DNA from: a virus
Lineage: Duplodnaviria > Caudoviricetes
IMG/VR virus record: IMGVR_UViG_3300007770_001239
Coordinates: 1 to 64,000 of that record
Reading direction: 5' to 3' (one strand)
DNA length: 64,000 nucleotides
Shown here: piece by piece, positions 35,549-45,843 of the stretch
Position numbering within the stretch: position 1 is the stretch's first letter
Layout: each line of letters opens with the position of its first letter
Position numbers and translations under genes: made by a program
The notes under the pieces: model-generated
The model's input: only the letters and a program-made list of their open reading frames with translations
The model's database searches: none
What the model was told of the DNA's origin: nothing

Positions 35549-36446
35549 AGATTTCAAAAAGGTTATCATATGGGGGTTACCCCTCCATTCTCATACGCAC
35601 AGTTATATTCATGATTGTTTTTTTAAGGCTTTTACGTCTATGGGCTACGATACCGTGTGGGTTGATAAGACACAAGAGAAAATTGATAATTCATTTTTAG
35701 ATAATTCTCTGGTGATTGTTTGTGGTGTTGATTGTCAAACATTAAGCGTAAATGAAAACTGTTTTTACGTTCTTCATAATGTTGATGATTACCGCTTTAG
35801 GCAAGGTGATAATTTCATGAATCTGCAAGTTTATACTAAGGATACGTTACTACCAGAAAGAAAAGCTCAAAAGTTATCAACATTCACGTATTGGCAAGAG
35901 AGCGAGAAATGCCTGTATCAACCCTGGGCAACCGATTTGTTACCAGAAGAAATGATTTATGATCCAGTTCCTGCACCAGAAGTTAACAGAGTTGTTAATT
36001 GGGTGGGATCGATTACAGATGGTGAGCAAGGGAATTTTCGACAAGTCCAAGAATACGCACAACAGCTTGCTGTAAGCTATAATATTCCTGTTCACGCTCA
36101 TAGGGGTGTCGATAGAGATGGAATGATTAAGCTAGTTCGTGGATCAAATCAAGCTCCAGCGATTGTTGCGGGATGGCAAAAAGAGAACATGTACGTTCCA
36201 TGTAGATTATTCAAGAATATCTCGTACGGTCAACCGACATTCTCTAACAGTCCTGTTGTTGAGGAGCTTTGTGGTTCAGAATATTTTGAAGAAGACTGTG
36301 CAAAGTTGGCGATAAAGAATCATGAGTATCTTCAAAACAGGGATTTTGAAAAAGAAAATGAGCTTTTACAATTTATAAAGAAAGAGCACACGTATGTCAA
36401 TAGGTGCAATCGTATTTTAGAGCTCGCTGGAGGAATAAGGAAGTGA
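35538..36446 (+). CDS. GT-B glycosyltransferase (CgeB-like)
   Basis: HTHSYIH, YVPCRLFKNISYG, HTYVNR. Confidence 0.7.
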   Translation: MTNKDFKKVIIWGLPLHSHTHSYIHDCFFKAFTSMGYDTVWVDKTQEKIDNSFLDNSLVIVCGVDCQTLSVNENCFYVLHNVDDYRFRQGDNFMNLQVYTKDTLLPERKAQKLSTFTYWQESEKCLYQPWATDLLPEEMIYDPVPAPEVNRVVNWVGSITDGEQGNFRQVQEYAQQLAVSYNIPVHAHRGVDRDGMIKLVRGSNQAPAIVAGWQKENMYVPCRLFKNISYGQPTFSNSPVVEELCGSEYFEEDCAKLAIKNHEYLQNRDFEKENELLQFIKKEHTYVNRCNRILELAGGIRK

Positions 36447-37261
36447 GTGGATCTGAATCGACTGTCAACATTTGCATTTTTTCTAGAAATCGACCATTAC
36501 AGCTTCAAGCTTTGTTACGGTCTGTGAAGTCATTTGTGCACCCGCATGGAGATATCACTATTCTTCATCGTTATGATGAAGAGTATAACCCTGCGCTAGC
36601 CGAGGTGAAAGAGCAATTTCAGGAATGTAAGTTTATAGAAGATGATAATTTCAAGCATCAAGTTTGTTCATTCTTGGAGGCCTCGGCGAATAATTGCTTT
36701 TTCTTGGTAGACGACATTGTATTTCGGCGACCTGTTGACATGCATCTTTGTGATAGCATTCTTGAAAGTAATCCTGACGTTTTAACGATATCATTACGTC
36801 TCGGTCTTCATCTGAATCATTGTTATCCAGTCAGCTCCTGGCAGAAAATTCCAGATGGGCAGGTTCAGCAAGGATTTTTCTTATGGCCTTGGCGAGCGGG
36901 CATGCACGATTGGGGATATCCCTTTTCGGTAGATGGTCACATCTTTCGAGCAAAGCAAATACTGAATTATATCAGACACTTAGAGTTTACAACCCCGAAT
37001 TCTTTTGAGGCAGAGATGCAAAAGATTCCGCATTATTTCGCGGTGCCGAATCTTACTATCTGTAATGTAGAGTCTTGTTTATTCAACAATCCGTTAAATC
37101 GCGTACAGGATGCATTTCAAAATAGGAGCGGGAATGTTACAACTGAAGAATTATTGGCTAAGTGGAATGAAGGTCTAGAGATTGATATTGATAAATTGGC
37201 TAGACTAATTCCGAATGGTGCTCATTTCGTTGCAGAACTTCCCTTTAGAGAACGAAAATGA
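36443..37261 (+). CDS. GT-A/GT2-like glycosyltransferase
   Basis: IFSRNRPLQLQALL, FLVDDIVF, GYPFSVDGHIF; GTG start. Confidence 0.7.
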   Translation: MSGSESTVNICIFSRNRPLQLQALLRSVKSFVHPHGDITILHRYDEEYNPALAEVKEQFQECKFIEDDNFKHQVCSFLEASANNCFFLVDDIVFRRPVDMHLCDSILESNPDVLTISLRLGLHLNHCYPVSSWQKIPDGQVQQGFFLWPWRAGMHDWGYPFSVDGHIFRAKQILNYIRHLEFTTPNSFEAEMQKIPHYFAVPNLTICNVESCLFNNPLNRVQDAFQNRSGNVTTEELLAKWNEGLEIDIDKLARLIPNGAHFVAELPFRERK

Positions 37262-38013
37262 AAGATTACCACATAGGAATATTGACGATTGCGACTGGGA
37301 AATATATAAAATTTCTTCCCAATCTTTACGCTTCCATCAACAAGAATTTTTTAGTTGAGAATAAAATTACATGTTATCTATTCACTGATGATATCGAAGC
37401 CGCGAAAGCTTTGGTCCCTTCCACTAGATTATCTCATCAATATTTCCATATTGAGAGACAAGGATTCCCGGGAGATACGCTTTATAGGTACAAGCATTTT
37501 TCTACTTTAGACGATCGACTTACAGAAAAGCCTGACTTCTTATTTTACTCGGACGCTGATATGCTCGTCGTTTCCGATGTGGGACCAGAGGTGATTCCAG
37601 AAGAGAGAGTTGGGCTAACGGCAACAGCTCATCCAGGATTTTATTTATACCGAACACCACAGCACCCATTAGGTACCCCAGAAGATCGTCCAGAATCAAA
37701 AGCGTATGTTGATCCAAGTCGCTATCGTCCCTATTACGTCGCTGGTGGATTCAACGGCGGCGCATATGAAGCATTTGTAAAGATGTCAAAAGAGATATCA
37801 GCCAACATCGATGATGATTATTCTCGTGGAATTATTGCAGTGTGGCATGATGAATCTCATCTTAATGAATATGTCACTCGTCCAGAGAACCTACAGAATC
37901 TTAAGATAATGACACCGTCATATTGCTTCGCAGAATATAACAACCCTCGTGAAGTCGGGTATCCTGCTAGAATCGTTGCGCTAGACAAAAATCATGATGA
38001 GGTTCGTTCATGA
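37258..38013 (+). CDS. GT6 family (ABO/alpha-1,3-Gal/GalNAc transferase-like)
   Basis: IATGKY..F, YLFTD, LYRY, DAD, HPGFY, YYVAGGFNGG, AVWHDESHLN. Confidence 0.9.
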   Translation: MKDYHIGILTIATGKYIKFLPNLYASINKNFLVENKITCYLFTDDIEAAKALVPSTRLSHQYFHIERQGFPGDTLYRYKHFSTLDDRLTEKPDFLFYSDADMLVVSDVGPEVIPEERVGLTATAHPGFYLYRTPQHPLGTPEDRPESKAYVDPSRYRPYYVAGGFNGGAYEAFVKMSKEISANIDDDYSRGIIAVWHDESHLNEYVTRPENLQNLKIMTPSYCFAEYNNPREVGYPARIVALDKNHDEVRS

Positions 38014-38747
38014 ATAATCTGGTAAGTGTAATAATCCCATACAGGAATGCAGAGAAGTATATTTTTCAAACATTGGAAGCGGTGCTAGCACAGACTTATA
38101 GCAATTTTGAGTTATTGTGTGTAGACAATGGTTCTTCAGATGACAGTACTTCTGTAGTTAGAGATTTTGCAAATAACGATGATAGAATTTGTGAATTAGA
38201 ATTTCCCCATGCTGGAAAAAGTCTTGCTTTAAATTACGGTCTCTCCCGGGCGACGGGAGCATGGATCGCAATTTGTGATGCTGATGATACGTGGGATTCA
38301 GAGAAATTAGAAAAGCAAGCTCTGTTCATGGATCGATTTCCGGAATATGATGTTATCGGTACTCAGATGAGATATGTTAATGATGCTGGTGCGCAATTCA
38401 AAGAAGCGCCATTTCTACCCTTACATCATGATGGAATTTGTGAGTCGATTTTTAAGCGTAAAGAAAATCCTGTATGTAACAGCAGCGTAATGTATAAAAA
38501 ATCTCTACATGATGTGCACGTTGGATTTTATGATCCTCTCTGTGCAGTAGAGGATTATGACCTCTGGTCAAGATGCGCTTTTGCTGGACTTAAGTTCGCT
38601 AATTTAGAGGATGTATTAGTTTCTCATCGATTGCACGATAATTCAAATTTTAATAGCTCAAGAAAACAATCATATCACAAGCAGCTTGTAGATGCGAAGA
38701 TAGACGCTTATAATTCTATTGAAGAAGCGTTGGCGGAGAAAGAATGA
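38010..38747 (+). CDS. GT2 glycosyltransferase
   Basis: VSVIIPYRN, VDNGSSD, ICDADD, EDYDLW. Confidence 0.95.
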   Translation: MNNLVSVIIPYRNAEKYIFQTLEAVLAQTYSNFELLCVDNGSSDDSTSVVRDFANNDDRICELEFPHAGKSLALNYGLSRATGAWIAICDADDTWDSEKLEKQALFMDRFPEYDVIGTQMRYVNDAGAQFKEAPFLPLHHDGICESIFKRKENPVCNSSVMYKKSLHDVHVGFYDPLCAVEDYDLWSRCAFAGLKFANLEDVLVSHRLHDNSNFNSSRKQSYHKQLVDAKIDAYNSIEEALAEKE

Positions 38748-39244
38748 ATTTAAGCGAAGTCGTTCAAGCAATCAATGAGATAGATCCAAGCGATGTTGCT
38801 GAGTTAAAGTCGTTGGTTGGAAAATACACTGACATTATTATGATTGGAAATGGCGGGAGTAATGCAATCTGTTCTCACATTGCGCAAGACTATACAAAGA
38901 TGCTCGGGAAACGCGCATTTGCATTTTCTGATGCTTCTCGTTTAACGTGTTATATCAACGATTTTGGGATGGAGAATGCGTATGAACGATTCATTGCAGA
39001 TTTTGAGACTATTGATACACTAGTCGTTTTAGTATCTTCTTCGGGGAATTCTAAGAATATCTTAAATTGCGCAAAACATTGTGTAGCAGAAAATATCCCT
39101 TTCATTATTTTAACAGGGTTTGACGATTTTAATGAGCTTAGATCGAATTATGCTACAGCTGCAGAAATAGACATGCATGTGAATTCAAGGTCTTACGGTG
39201 TGGTTGAATGTGTTCATCAGGTTTTTCTACATACACCAGTGTGA
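38744..39244 (+). CDS. gmhA: SIS-domain phosphoheptose isomerase
   Basis: GNGGSNAICSH, LTCYINDFG, VSSSGNSKNI, LTGF. Confidence 0.8.
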   Translation: MNLSEVVQAINEIDPSDVAELKSLVGKYTDIIMIGNGGSNAICSHIAQDYTKMLGKRAFAFSDASRLTCYINDFGMENAYERFIADFETIDTLVVLVSSSGNSKNILNCAKHCVAENIPFIILTGFDDFNELRSNYATAAEIDMHVNSRSYGVVECVHQVFLHTPV

Positions 39245-39253
39245 GGAGTTTTT

Positions 39254-39574
39254 ATGATTTATTGTTTTGACATTGATGGTACAATTTGTACATTGGAAAA
39301 AAATAGCCAGTATAAGAATGCGAAACCTTTTGCTGGAATGATTTCTAAGATTAACGATTTGTATGAGCAGGGCCACACGATAAAATTTTTTACTGCAAGA
39401 GGATGTAATTCTGGGATTGACCACACCGATCTGACAACGAATCAGCTAAAGGGGTGGGGTGTAAATTATCATGAATTAATCATGAACCGTAAACCCCATT
39501 ATGATTTATTGATAGATGATAAAGCTGTAAACGTTGAAGATTGGATGAGATGTATGGGGATAAGAGATGTTTAG
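39254..39574 (+). CDS. Small HAD phosphatase
   Basis: FDIDGTIC, FTARG, KPHYDLLIDDKA. Confidence 0.85.
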   Translation: MIYCFDIDGTICTLEKNSQYKNAKPFAGMISKINDLYEQGHTIKFFTARGCNSGIDHTDLTTNQLKGWGVNYHELIMNRKPHYDLLIDDKAVNVEDWMRCMGIRDV

Positions 39575-40448
39575 CGTTTTATTACCAGTCTATAATGGGG
39601 AGCGATGGCTTGGAGAAGCAATTCAGTCTGTTATGGATCAAACATTTAAAGAATTTGAGTGCCTCATCTTATGTAACGGGTGTACAGATAGCTCTGCTGA
39701 TATTGCAACGGAAATGACCGCCGACGATGATAGATTTGTAGTACATAAATTACATTTAGCTAATAAAGCAAACGCCTTGAATTTTGGTGTATGTTTTTCA
39801 AAGCATCAATGGTTAGCTCCAATCGATGCAGATGATAAGTGGCTTCCAGAAAAGCTCCAGACACAATATAATTTTATTTCACAAAATCCCGCAGTTGACA
39901 TAATCGGTACCCAGTTAGATTATTTCGGTACGCTTGAGTGTGCAGCACCTCGAAATCCTTGTTCACATGATGAGATATATGAGTGTTATTCGAGAGGAAA
40001 GAATCCGCTCCCGTTTCCCTCAGTTGTTTATAAGAAGAATGTGCACTTAAGAGGTGTGGGGTTTTTTAATACTTCACACTTTGTCATAGAGGATTACGAT
40101 TTCTGGCAACGCTGTCGTCACAGCGGTATGATCATGGTCAATCTTCCTAATGTGCTGTTACATTATAGAATACATGGTAATGCTGCAAATTCTCGTGTGA
40201 AAGATCAAAAGAAGCAAGACGGTGGCGTTACCACAGAAAGTATACAGACAGACAGCATTGTGACGGCACGTCAGACTATCGCAAAAGCCATAACAGATGC
40301 GATGTACGTGAGCTGTGATGATGTTGAAAAGATGCCCACAAGTTGGGGTTTAATTGGATTTTTAAGAAAATTTGATAGACAATACCCAAAGGGAGATGGC
40401 ACCCCAGTTAATTCTACAGATAACATGAAGGTGGATCATGAAGATTAA
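39567..40448 (+). CDS. GT2 glycosyltransferase
   Basis: SVLLPVYNGE, PIDADD, PSV, EDYDFW. Confidence 0.95.
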   Translation: MFSVLLPVYNGERWLGEAIQSVMDQTFKEFECLILCNGCTDSSADIATEMTADDDRFVVHKLHLANKANALNFGVCFSKHQWLAPIDADDKWLPEKLQTQYNFISQNPAVDIIGTQLDYFGTLECAAPRNPCSHDEIYECYSRGKNPLPFPSVVYKKNVHLRGVGFFNTSHFVIEDYDFWQRCRHSGMIMVNLPNVLLHYRIHGNAANSRVKDQKKQDGGVTTESIQTDSIVTARQTIAKAITDAMYVSCDDVEKMPTSWGLIGFLRKFDRQYPKGDGTPVNSTDNMKVDHED

Positions 40449-41310
40449 ATTATTAGCATCACAGCGATCAGCTCGTGGTCCAGGAATGGTGTACAAGAAC
40501 CTTAGAAAAGGTCTTGAGGCCCTAGATATTGAAGTTGCAAATTACCCGGTTCGTATTGAAGAAGAGTGTGACTATACAGTTAGTCTTTCACATCCTTCGC
40601 CTTGGGAAAAGTCTGGGGTGGATAGTAATTCTATTTGCGTTATTGGACCGAATATCTGGGAAATTCCTGAAGAAGCCACAGCTGCCAAGTATAGTGATAT
40701 AATTGTACCATCTCAATGGGTCAAGACCTTTTATGAAACATTTGATTTTATGAAAGATAAAAATATCCACATCTGGCCAGTGGGAATTGATACTGAAGAC
40801 TGGACTCCGGCTTTGCCCGAGCAAAAAAAGGGCGATTGCTTGATTTACTACAAGGCTGCCCCTAAGCAGTATCTTGATCAAGCTGCTGAGATGTGTATTA
40901 AGGCTGGGCTGTCATTTGGGATATTGGAGTATGGGAAATATCATGAGGATGCTCTTCGACAAGCAGCAGAGCAATGCAAATTTTGCATTCTAGTTACAAG
41001 AACAGAAAGTCAGGGTATCGCGTATCTGCAGGTGCTATCAGCGAATTTACCATGTTTTGTCTTTGAGAAAGAAGTGTGGGATGATCGTAGCGATGGTGTA
41101 TCATGTCCAGCAACAGCTGTCCCGTATTTCGATGAAACGTGTGGCGTAAAGGTTTCACAGTCTGCTACACTAGAAGAAAAACTAGAGAAGTTTTCAGAAT
41201 TTTTAGAGAATTTAGAAAATTTTGCACCTCGTGATTACGTGACTAGCAATCTTGGATTGGAGGATTGTGCAAAGAAATTCGTAGATATTCTGGAGAGTAC
41301 AGATGAGTAA
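40438..41310 (+). CDS. GT-B/GT4-like glycosyltransferase
   Basis: IIVPSQWVK, WPVGIDT, TESQGIAYLQVLS. Confidence 0.8.
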   Translation: MKIKLLASQRSARGPGMVYKNLRKGLEALDIEVANYPVRIEEECDYTVSLSHPSPWEKSGVDSNSICVIGPNIWEIPEEATAAKYSDIIVPSQWVKTFYETFDFMKDKNIHIWPVGIDTEDWTPALPEQKKGDCLIYYKAAPKQYLDQAAEMCIKAGLSFGILEYGKYHEDALRQAAEQCKFCILVTRTESQGIAYLQVLSANLPCFVFEKEVWDDRSDGVSCPATAVPYFDETCGVKVSQSATLEEKLEKFSEFLENLENFAPRDYVTSNLGLEDCAKKFVDILESTDE

Positions 41311-42145
41311 AAAAGTTAGCTCAATAACGCCGTGTTATAAAGGTGGAAAATATCTCGCTGGATTTTTGAACAATGTAGCATCTCAGACAATGCTAGATGA
41401 TATCGAAATTGTCTTAGACCATAATGCTCCCGAAAAGTGGGAGATCGAAATGGTTCAGAAATTTCAGGAAGAATATCCTGGTGTTGTGAAGCATGTTGTG
41501 AAAGATCACGTTGATAATATTGGTAGATCTATGAATGATTGCTGGTCTGCTGCGTCTGGAGACTATGTCGCGATTTGGAATATTGATGATTTGCGGGTCC
41601 CAAACTCATTAGAACTGCAGGCAACATTTTTGGATGAAAATCCAGACTACGGTGTCGTTCATGGAAATTTTGTTGTTGTTAATACATTTGGTTCTGGTAC
41701 TGGAAGACTAGTAGATCATTCTCAATATTGTACACCCCACCCAGAGCTGACTAGAGGAATGGTGACAGGACCATTTCTAATGTGGAGAAGAAGTCTAAAA
41801 GACGTGTGCGGAATGTTCGATGAACAACTTGTTTCAGGCGCCGATTTTGATCTATCAGTTCGTCTTTGTGCTACAATGAAGACAATGGGCATTAATGAAA
41901 TTTTGGGTGCATATCTTGATGAGGGCAAAGGCGCCAGTACCCGACCGGATACAAAACAACCTCTCGAGCGAACAGTCATAGAGCTTCGTTACGGGATATA
42001 TGATAAAATTGATCCCAGATTTTTAGAAGAAGCAAGACAGAAATATGATATTGATAATCTGATTTGGTATGAAAATAAAACAGACGTTTCAACTACAATA
42101 ACCGAATTTTTGGATTTTAGGAAAAAGAACAACAGGAAAATATAA
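41303..42145 (+). CDS. GT2 glycosyltransferase
   Basis: SSITPCY, GDYVAIWNIDD, GPFLMWR, GADFDL. Confidence 0.9.
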   Translation: MSKKVSSITPCYKGGKYLAGFLNNVASQTMLDDIEIVLDHNAPEKWEIEMVQKFQEEYPGVVKHVVKDHVDNIGRSMNDCWSAASGDYVAIWNIDDLRVPNSLELQATFLDENPDYGVVHGNFVVVNTFGSGTGRLVDHSQYCTPHPELTRGMVTGPFLMWRRSLKDVCGMFDEQLVSGADFDLSVRLCATMKTMGINEILGAYLDEGKGASTRPDTKQPLERTVIELRYGIYDKIDPRFLEEARQKYDIDNLIWYENKTDVSTTITEFLDFRKKNNRKI

Positions 42146-42849
42146 TGCTAAGTGAAGTGCTTCAGAAAGTGATAGAAGAGACTAGAGAAAATCCCCATGT
42201 TGAATGGAATGATCATGAATGGCCTGAGCTTGTTAATAAAGATCCTGAGTTTTCAGTGTACATGAATAATGAACCGATCGTACAGTCTCCTGGTGAGCCA
42301 GCCCAGAAGTGTCATGGCTATTTTGCATTACTCCATAATCTTGTCTCCAATCTCCCTGCTAATACAACAATTTTTGAATTAGGAAATCGAGAGGGTCTTT
42401 CAACTATAGCAATTTTAGATTCACTAAAGCCTTCGCACGTTTTTGTGACGTACGACATTGTGGCAGACTTGAGATTTGTCAATGCAGATAAGGCGCTAGA
42501 ATTAAAAAATATCTTCTGGCCGACAATTGAAGACGTCTTAGGAGAAAATGCACAAAAGTTTGCTGAATGGATTTGCGATCGGTACGGAAAAATAAGTCTT
42601 TTATTTTGCGATACTCTTCACACGTATGAACAGCTTTCAGCTGAAGTGAAAGTATTTGAGAGATTTCTTTGTGATGAAGCAATTATTCTTGTTGACGATA
42701 TTCAAAATAATTTCGATCATCCTAACAAGGCTTATCATAGAGACAAGTATCGATTTTTTGAAGAGTGGGAAGGGGAGAAATATGATTTGACTGATTTCTG
42801 TCATAACCCCTCCGGCTTTGCAGCGTTTGTGTATCGGAGAGAAAAATGA
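42145..42849 (+). CDS. Class I SAM-dependent methyltransferase (Methyltransf_24-like)
   Basis: FELGNREGLST, TYDI, LLFCDTLHTYE, ILVDDI. Confidence 0.8.
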   Translation: MLSEVLQKVIEETRENPHVEWNDHEWPELVNKDPEFSVYMNNEPIVQSPGEPAQKCHGYFALLHNLVSNLPANTTIFELGNREGLSTIAILDSLKPSHVFVTYDIVADLRFVNADKALELKNIFWPTIEDVLGENAQKFAEWICDRYGKISLLFCDTLHTYEQLSAEVKVFERFLCDEAIILVDDIQNNFDHPNKAYHRDKYRFFEEWEGEKYDLTDFCHNPSGFAAFVYRREK

Positions 42850-43757
42850 AGATTGTAGGAATATTACCTGTCAAAAATGAAGAATGGATTTTACCCACAT
42901 TTCTCTCTAATGTCATGCCGATTGTTGACGAGCTAATTGTTATTGATGACGGCTCAACAGATAATAGTAAGAAAATACTAGAAGAAGCCGGCGCAACGAT
43001 AAAGGGCTATGATGACACGGAGCAGTTAAAAGGAGGTTGGCCCTGTGGCTTAATTCGAAGCCATCTTTTTCGGTATGCTAGAGAAGCTGGAGGTACACAT
43101 TTTTTGTGTCTAGATGCGGATGAGACCTTCACGACTAATTTTGTGCCCGTCGCAAGAAACCTTATATCTCAGCTACAACCAGGTCAGAAATTAGCGATGC
43201 ACTGGCTGGCTTTGTGGCAAAGCTATACTCACTTTCGTCATGATGCAACTGTTTGGAGCAATAACTGGAAAGACTTTGTTGTTTGTGATGATCCTGCGTT
43301 GACGTATGATTACAACTATATGGCAGAAGGCCGAACCCTGGGAACGAATGAAGGAACATGGGTCCGACTACCAACGCAGCAGGGCGCAGTCATGCATTAC
43401 CAATTTGCTACCCTCAATAATTTTTTACTTAAGCAAGCCTGGTGTCAATGCGGCGAACTTGTCCAGAAGCCAGGTCATGCGACATCAATTCGCGGCAAGT
43501 ATTCTATAACTCTACTTACGAACAACGTCGGAATAGCAGAAATGCCTCAAGAGTGGTATGCAAATGTACCAGTTCCGGAGGTGCCAAATTACGACCCTAC
43601 ATGGGATGAGAAGTGGTTTATGAGAAAAGATTTGCTCCCGGGATTAATGAAGTATTTTGATGATTATGGCGCAGAATACTTTAGAGACTTGGACATCTGG
43701 CACATACCACAGCTGGCAGAAAGATACATAAGCGAAACAGGAAAAGAGCCAAGATGA
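42846..43757 (+). CDS. GT2 glycosyltransferase
   Basis: PVKNEE, IDDGSTD, LCLDADE. Confidence 0.9.
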   Translation: MKIVGILPVKNEEWILPTFLSNVMPIVDELIVIDDGSTDNSKKILEEAGATIKGYDDTEQLKGGWPCGLIRSHLFRYAREAGGTHFLCLDADETFTTNFVPVARNLISQLQPGQKLAMHWLALWQSYTHFRHDATVWSNNWKDFVVCDDPALTYDYNYMAEGRTLGTNEGTWVRLPTQQGAVMHYQFATLNNFLLKQAWCQCGELVQKPGHATSIRGKYSITLLTNNVGIAEMPQEWYANVPVPEVPNYDPTWDEKWFMRKDLLPGLMKYFDDYGAEYFRDLDIWHIPQLAERYISETGKEPR

Positions 43758-44851
43758 CAAAAAAGAAGATCGCCTTTATTAAGTTCGGGGGTTTAGCCTG
43801 CGGGGGAACAGAGAAGCACCTACAAACGTTAGCAGCAAATTTACCTGCAGCACAATTTGATGTGACATATTTTTATTGCGATGCAGCGCCCTATATCGGA
43901 AGTGATTTCAAACATATCGATACGGACCCATTTCGCCAAGCTTACATGGAAAAGTCTAATGTGAAATTAGTAAAGTTCTCTGTGGGGTTTAAGGACGTTA
44001 CCGTTGGTACACACGATTGGGTGGACACTAATTTTTGGGATATTTTCAATGAGGAAGATTTTGATATAATCCAAACCGGGAGATCCGGCCACCCAGAATA
44101 TCCTTTCACACTAATAAATAAAACAACGATTGTGGACTCTCTTCATTTGCCCGGGCATGTTGAAAACAAACCGAATGTAGCAAAAACAGTGCTCGTGTCC
44201 CCTGAGCAAAGAGATATTTGGGTTAAGATTGGGGGTATAAAAGAAAACTGTATGGTAATCCCAAATGCAATAGAGATGCCCATAGTTTTAGAGAATTTAA
44301 GAAGTGAGCTCGGTTTCGATGAGGACACAACAATCGCCGGGATGCACCAGCGACCTGATGATGGTATTTTCTCGCCCTGGCTAATTGCTTCATACGCGCT
44401 AACAAGAGACCCTAAGTTGCACCTGCTTGTTCTTGGTGGGTCTGACATATACAGGCAACATGCTGTGCATCTGAATATTCCGTCATCTCGTGTTACGTTT
44501 CTTCCCCCAACCGGAGATGTGGAATATATCCATAAGTTTTTGAACACGCTAGACTTTTATACTCATGCTAGAAAAGATGGAGAGCAATGCTCAACAGCTC
44601 TGATGGAAGCGATGTTTCATGGGTTACCCATCATCGGACACCCTGCACCCTCTATGGGTCATGAGATCCAAATAGGTAATTCGGGCTTTATTTGCAAGAC
44701 TCCTGAAGATTATTCTGCAAAGATTTCATTACTTTGCGATCGTGATACACGAGAGAAGCTTTCTATTCTCGCTAGACAGCGTTATGATGAAGAATATTCT
44801 TTAACATCAGTTGTAGATTCGTATGTTGAGCTATATAATACAATTACTTAG
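43754..44851 (+). CDS. GT4 glycosyltransferase
   Basis: GGTEK, GEQCSTALMEAMFHGLPII. Confidence 0.9.
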   Translation: MTKKKIAFIKFGGLACGGTEKHLQTLAANLPAAQFDVTYFYCDAAPYIGSDFKHIDTDPFRQAYMEKSNVKLVKFSVGFKDVTVGTHDWVDTNFWDIFNEEDFDIIQTGRSGHPEYPFTLINKTTIVDSLHLPGHVENKPNVAKTVLVSPEQRDIWVKIGGIKENCMVIPNAIEMPIVLENLRSELGFDEDTTIAGMHQRPDDGIFSPWLIASYALTRDPKLHLLVLGGSDIYRQHAVHLNIPSSRVTFLPPTGDVEYIHKFLNTLDFYTHARKDGEQCSTALMEAMFHGLPIIGHPAPSMGHEIQIGNSGFICKTPEDYSAKISLLCDRDTREKLSILARQRYDEEYSLTSVVDSYVELYNTIT

Positions 44852-44862
44852 TGTGAGGTTAG

Positions 44863-45807
44863 ATGATAATAGCAAAATGCCCATTACGAATTGGGCTTGT
44901 TGGAGGGTCTTCCGATCTTTCATCTTATATTGCTGTGCACGGCCGAGGTGCTGCAGTCAACTTTTCTGTTAATCTCTACACGTACGTTACTCTCTCAAAA
45001 GATATCGGAGGCTTTAATGCGCTCCAGAATCGTTATATTGTAGGCTATTCTAGACGTGAAGAAGTAGACGATATTTACAAAATCAAAAATGACGTCGTCC
45101 GAGAAGCTTTTTCTAATTTCGGAGTGACACCCTGTACAACAATGTTGACGACTGATGTGTATTCTTCCGGCTCAGGTTTGGCATCTTCATCATCCTATAT
45201 GATTTCATTGGTGTCCGCGATTCGAATGCTTCAGAATAAACCCGCTTCACGATATGAGATTTGCCATGAAGCCATGATTTTGGAACGAAAATTTAATCCA
45301 TTGTTAGGGTGGCAGGATACGTTTGGGTGCGGCTTACCCGGCTTAAAGCGGTTTGATTTTTATGATACTACCCCTCCGAAATTTCGAAATCTTAAGACAA
45401 GCATTTTTGATAACGTCGGCATATACCTCTTACCCACAGGGGTTAACCGCTCTTCCACCCAGGTCTTAAAGACGATAAAGGTCCCTGCTGATGATAGTCT
45501 TCTATTTTTAGTTGATGATCTAGAGACAGCAATAAGAGATGAAAATTTGCTTGATTTTTCAAAAATTATGAAGGAGGGTTGGGAAAGAAAGAAGGCGGGA
45601 TCTTCTAAAATTCTTGAGAATGAGAAAGTAAAATCAATTGATGAGGACTTAAGCGCCCAACCTGATGTGCTATGTCATAAGTTATGCGGTGCGGGTAATG
45701 GCGGATTTTTCTTATTCTTCAAGCCCAATGATAAAAAAATGAAAATTCCAAAGGGAGCTATTAAAGTAAATGTAGACAATGATGGGTCGATGGCTATTCG
45801 TTTATGA
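44863..45807 (+). CDS. hddA: GHMP kinase, heptose-7-phosphate kinase
   Basis: CPLRIGLVGGSSDL, GSGLASSSS, GWQD, KLCGAGNGGFFL. Confidence 0.85.
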   Translation: MIIAKCPLRIGLVGGSSDLSSYIAVHGRGAAVNFSVNLYTYVTLSKDIGGFNALQNRYIVGYSRREEVDDIYKIKNDVVREAFSNFGVTPCTTMLTTDVYSSGSGLASSSSYMISLVSAIRMLQNKPASRYEICHEAMILERKFNPLLGWQDTFGCGLPGLKRFDFYDTTPPKFRNLKTSIFDNVGIYLLPTGVNRSSTQVLKTIKVPADDSLLFLVDDLETAIRDENLLDFSKIMKEGWERKKAGSSKILENEKVKSIDEDLSAQPDVLCHKLCGAGNGGFFLFFKPNDKKMKIPKGAIKVNVDNDGSMAIRL

Positions 45808-45843
45808 GCTGTATATTTTGGTTACAATGACTGAGGAGAGATT

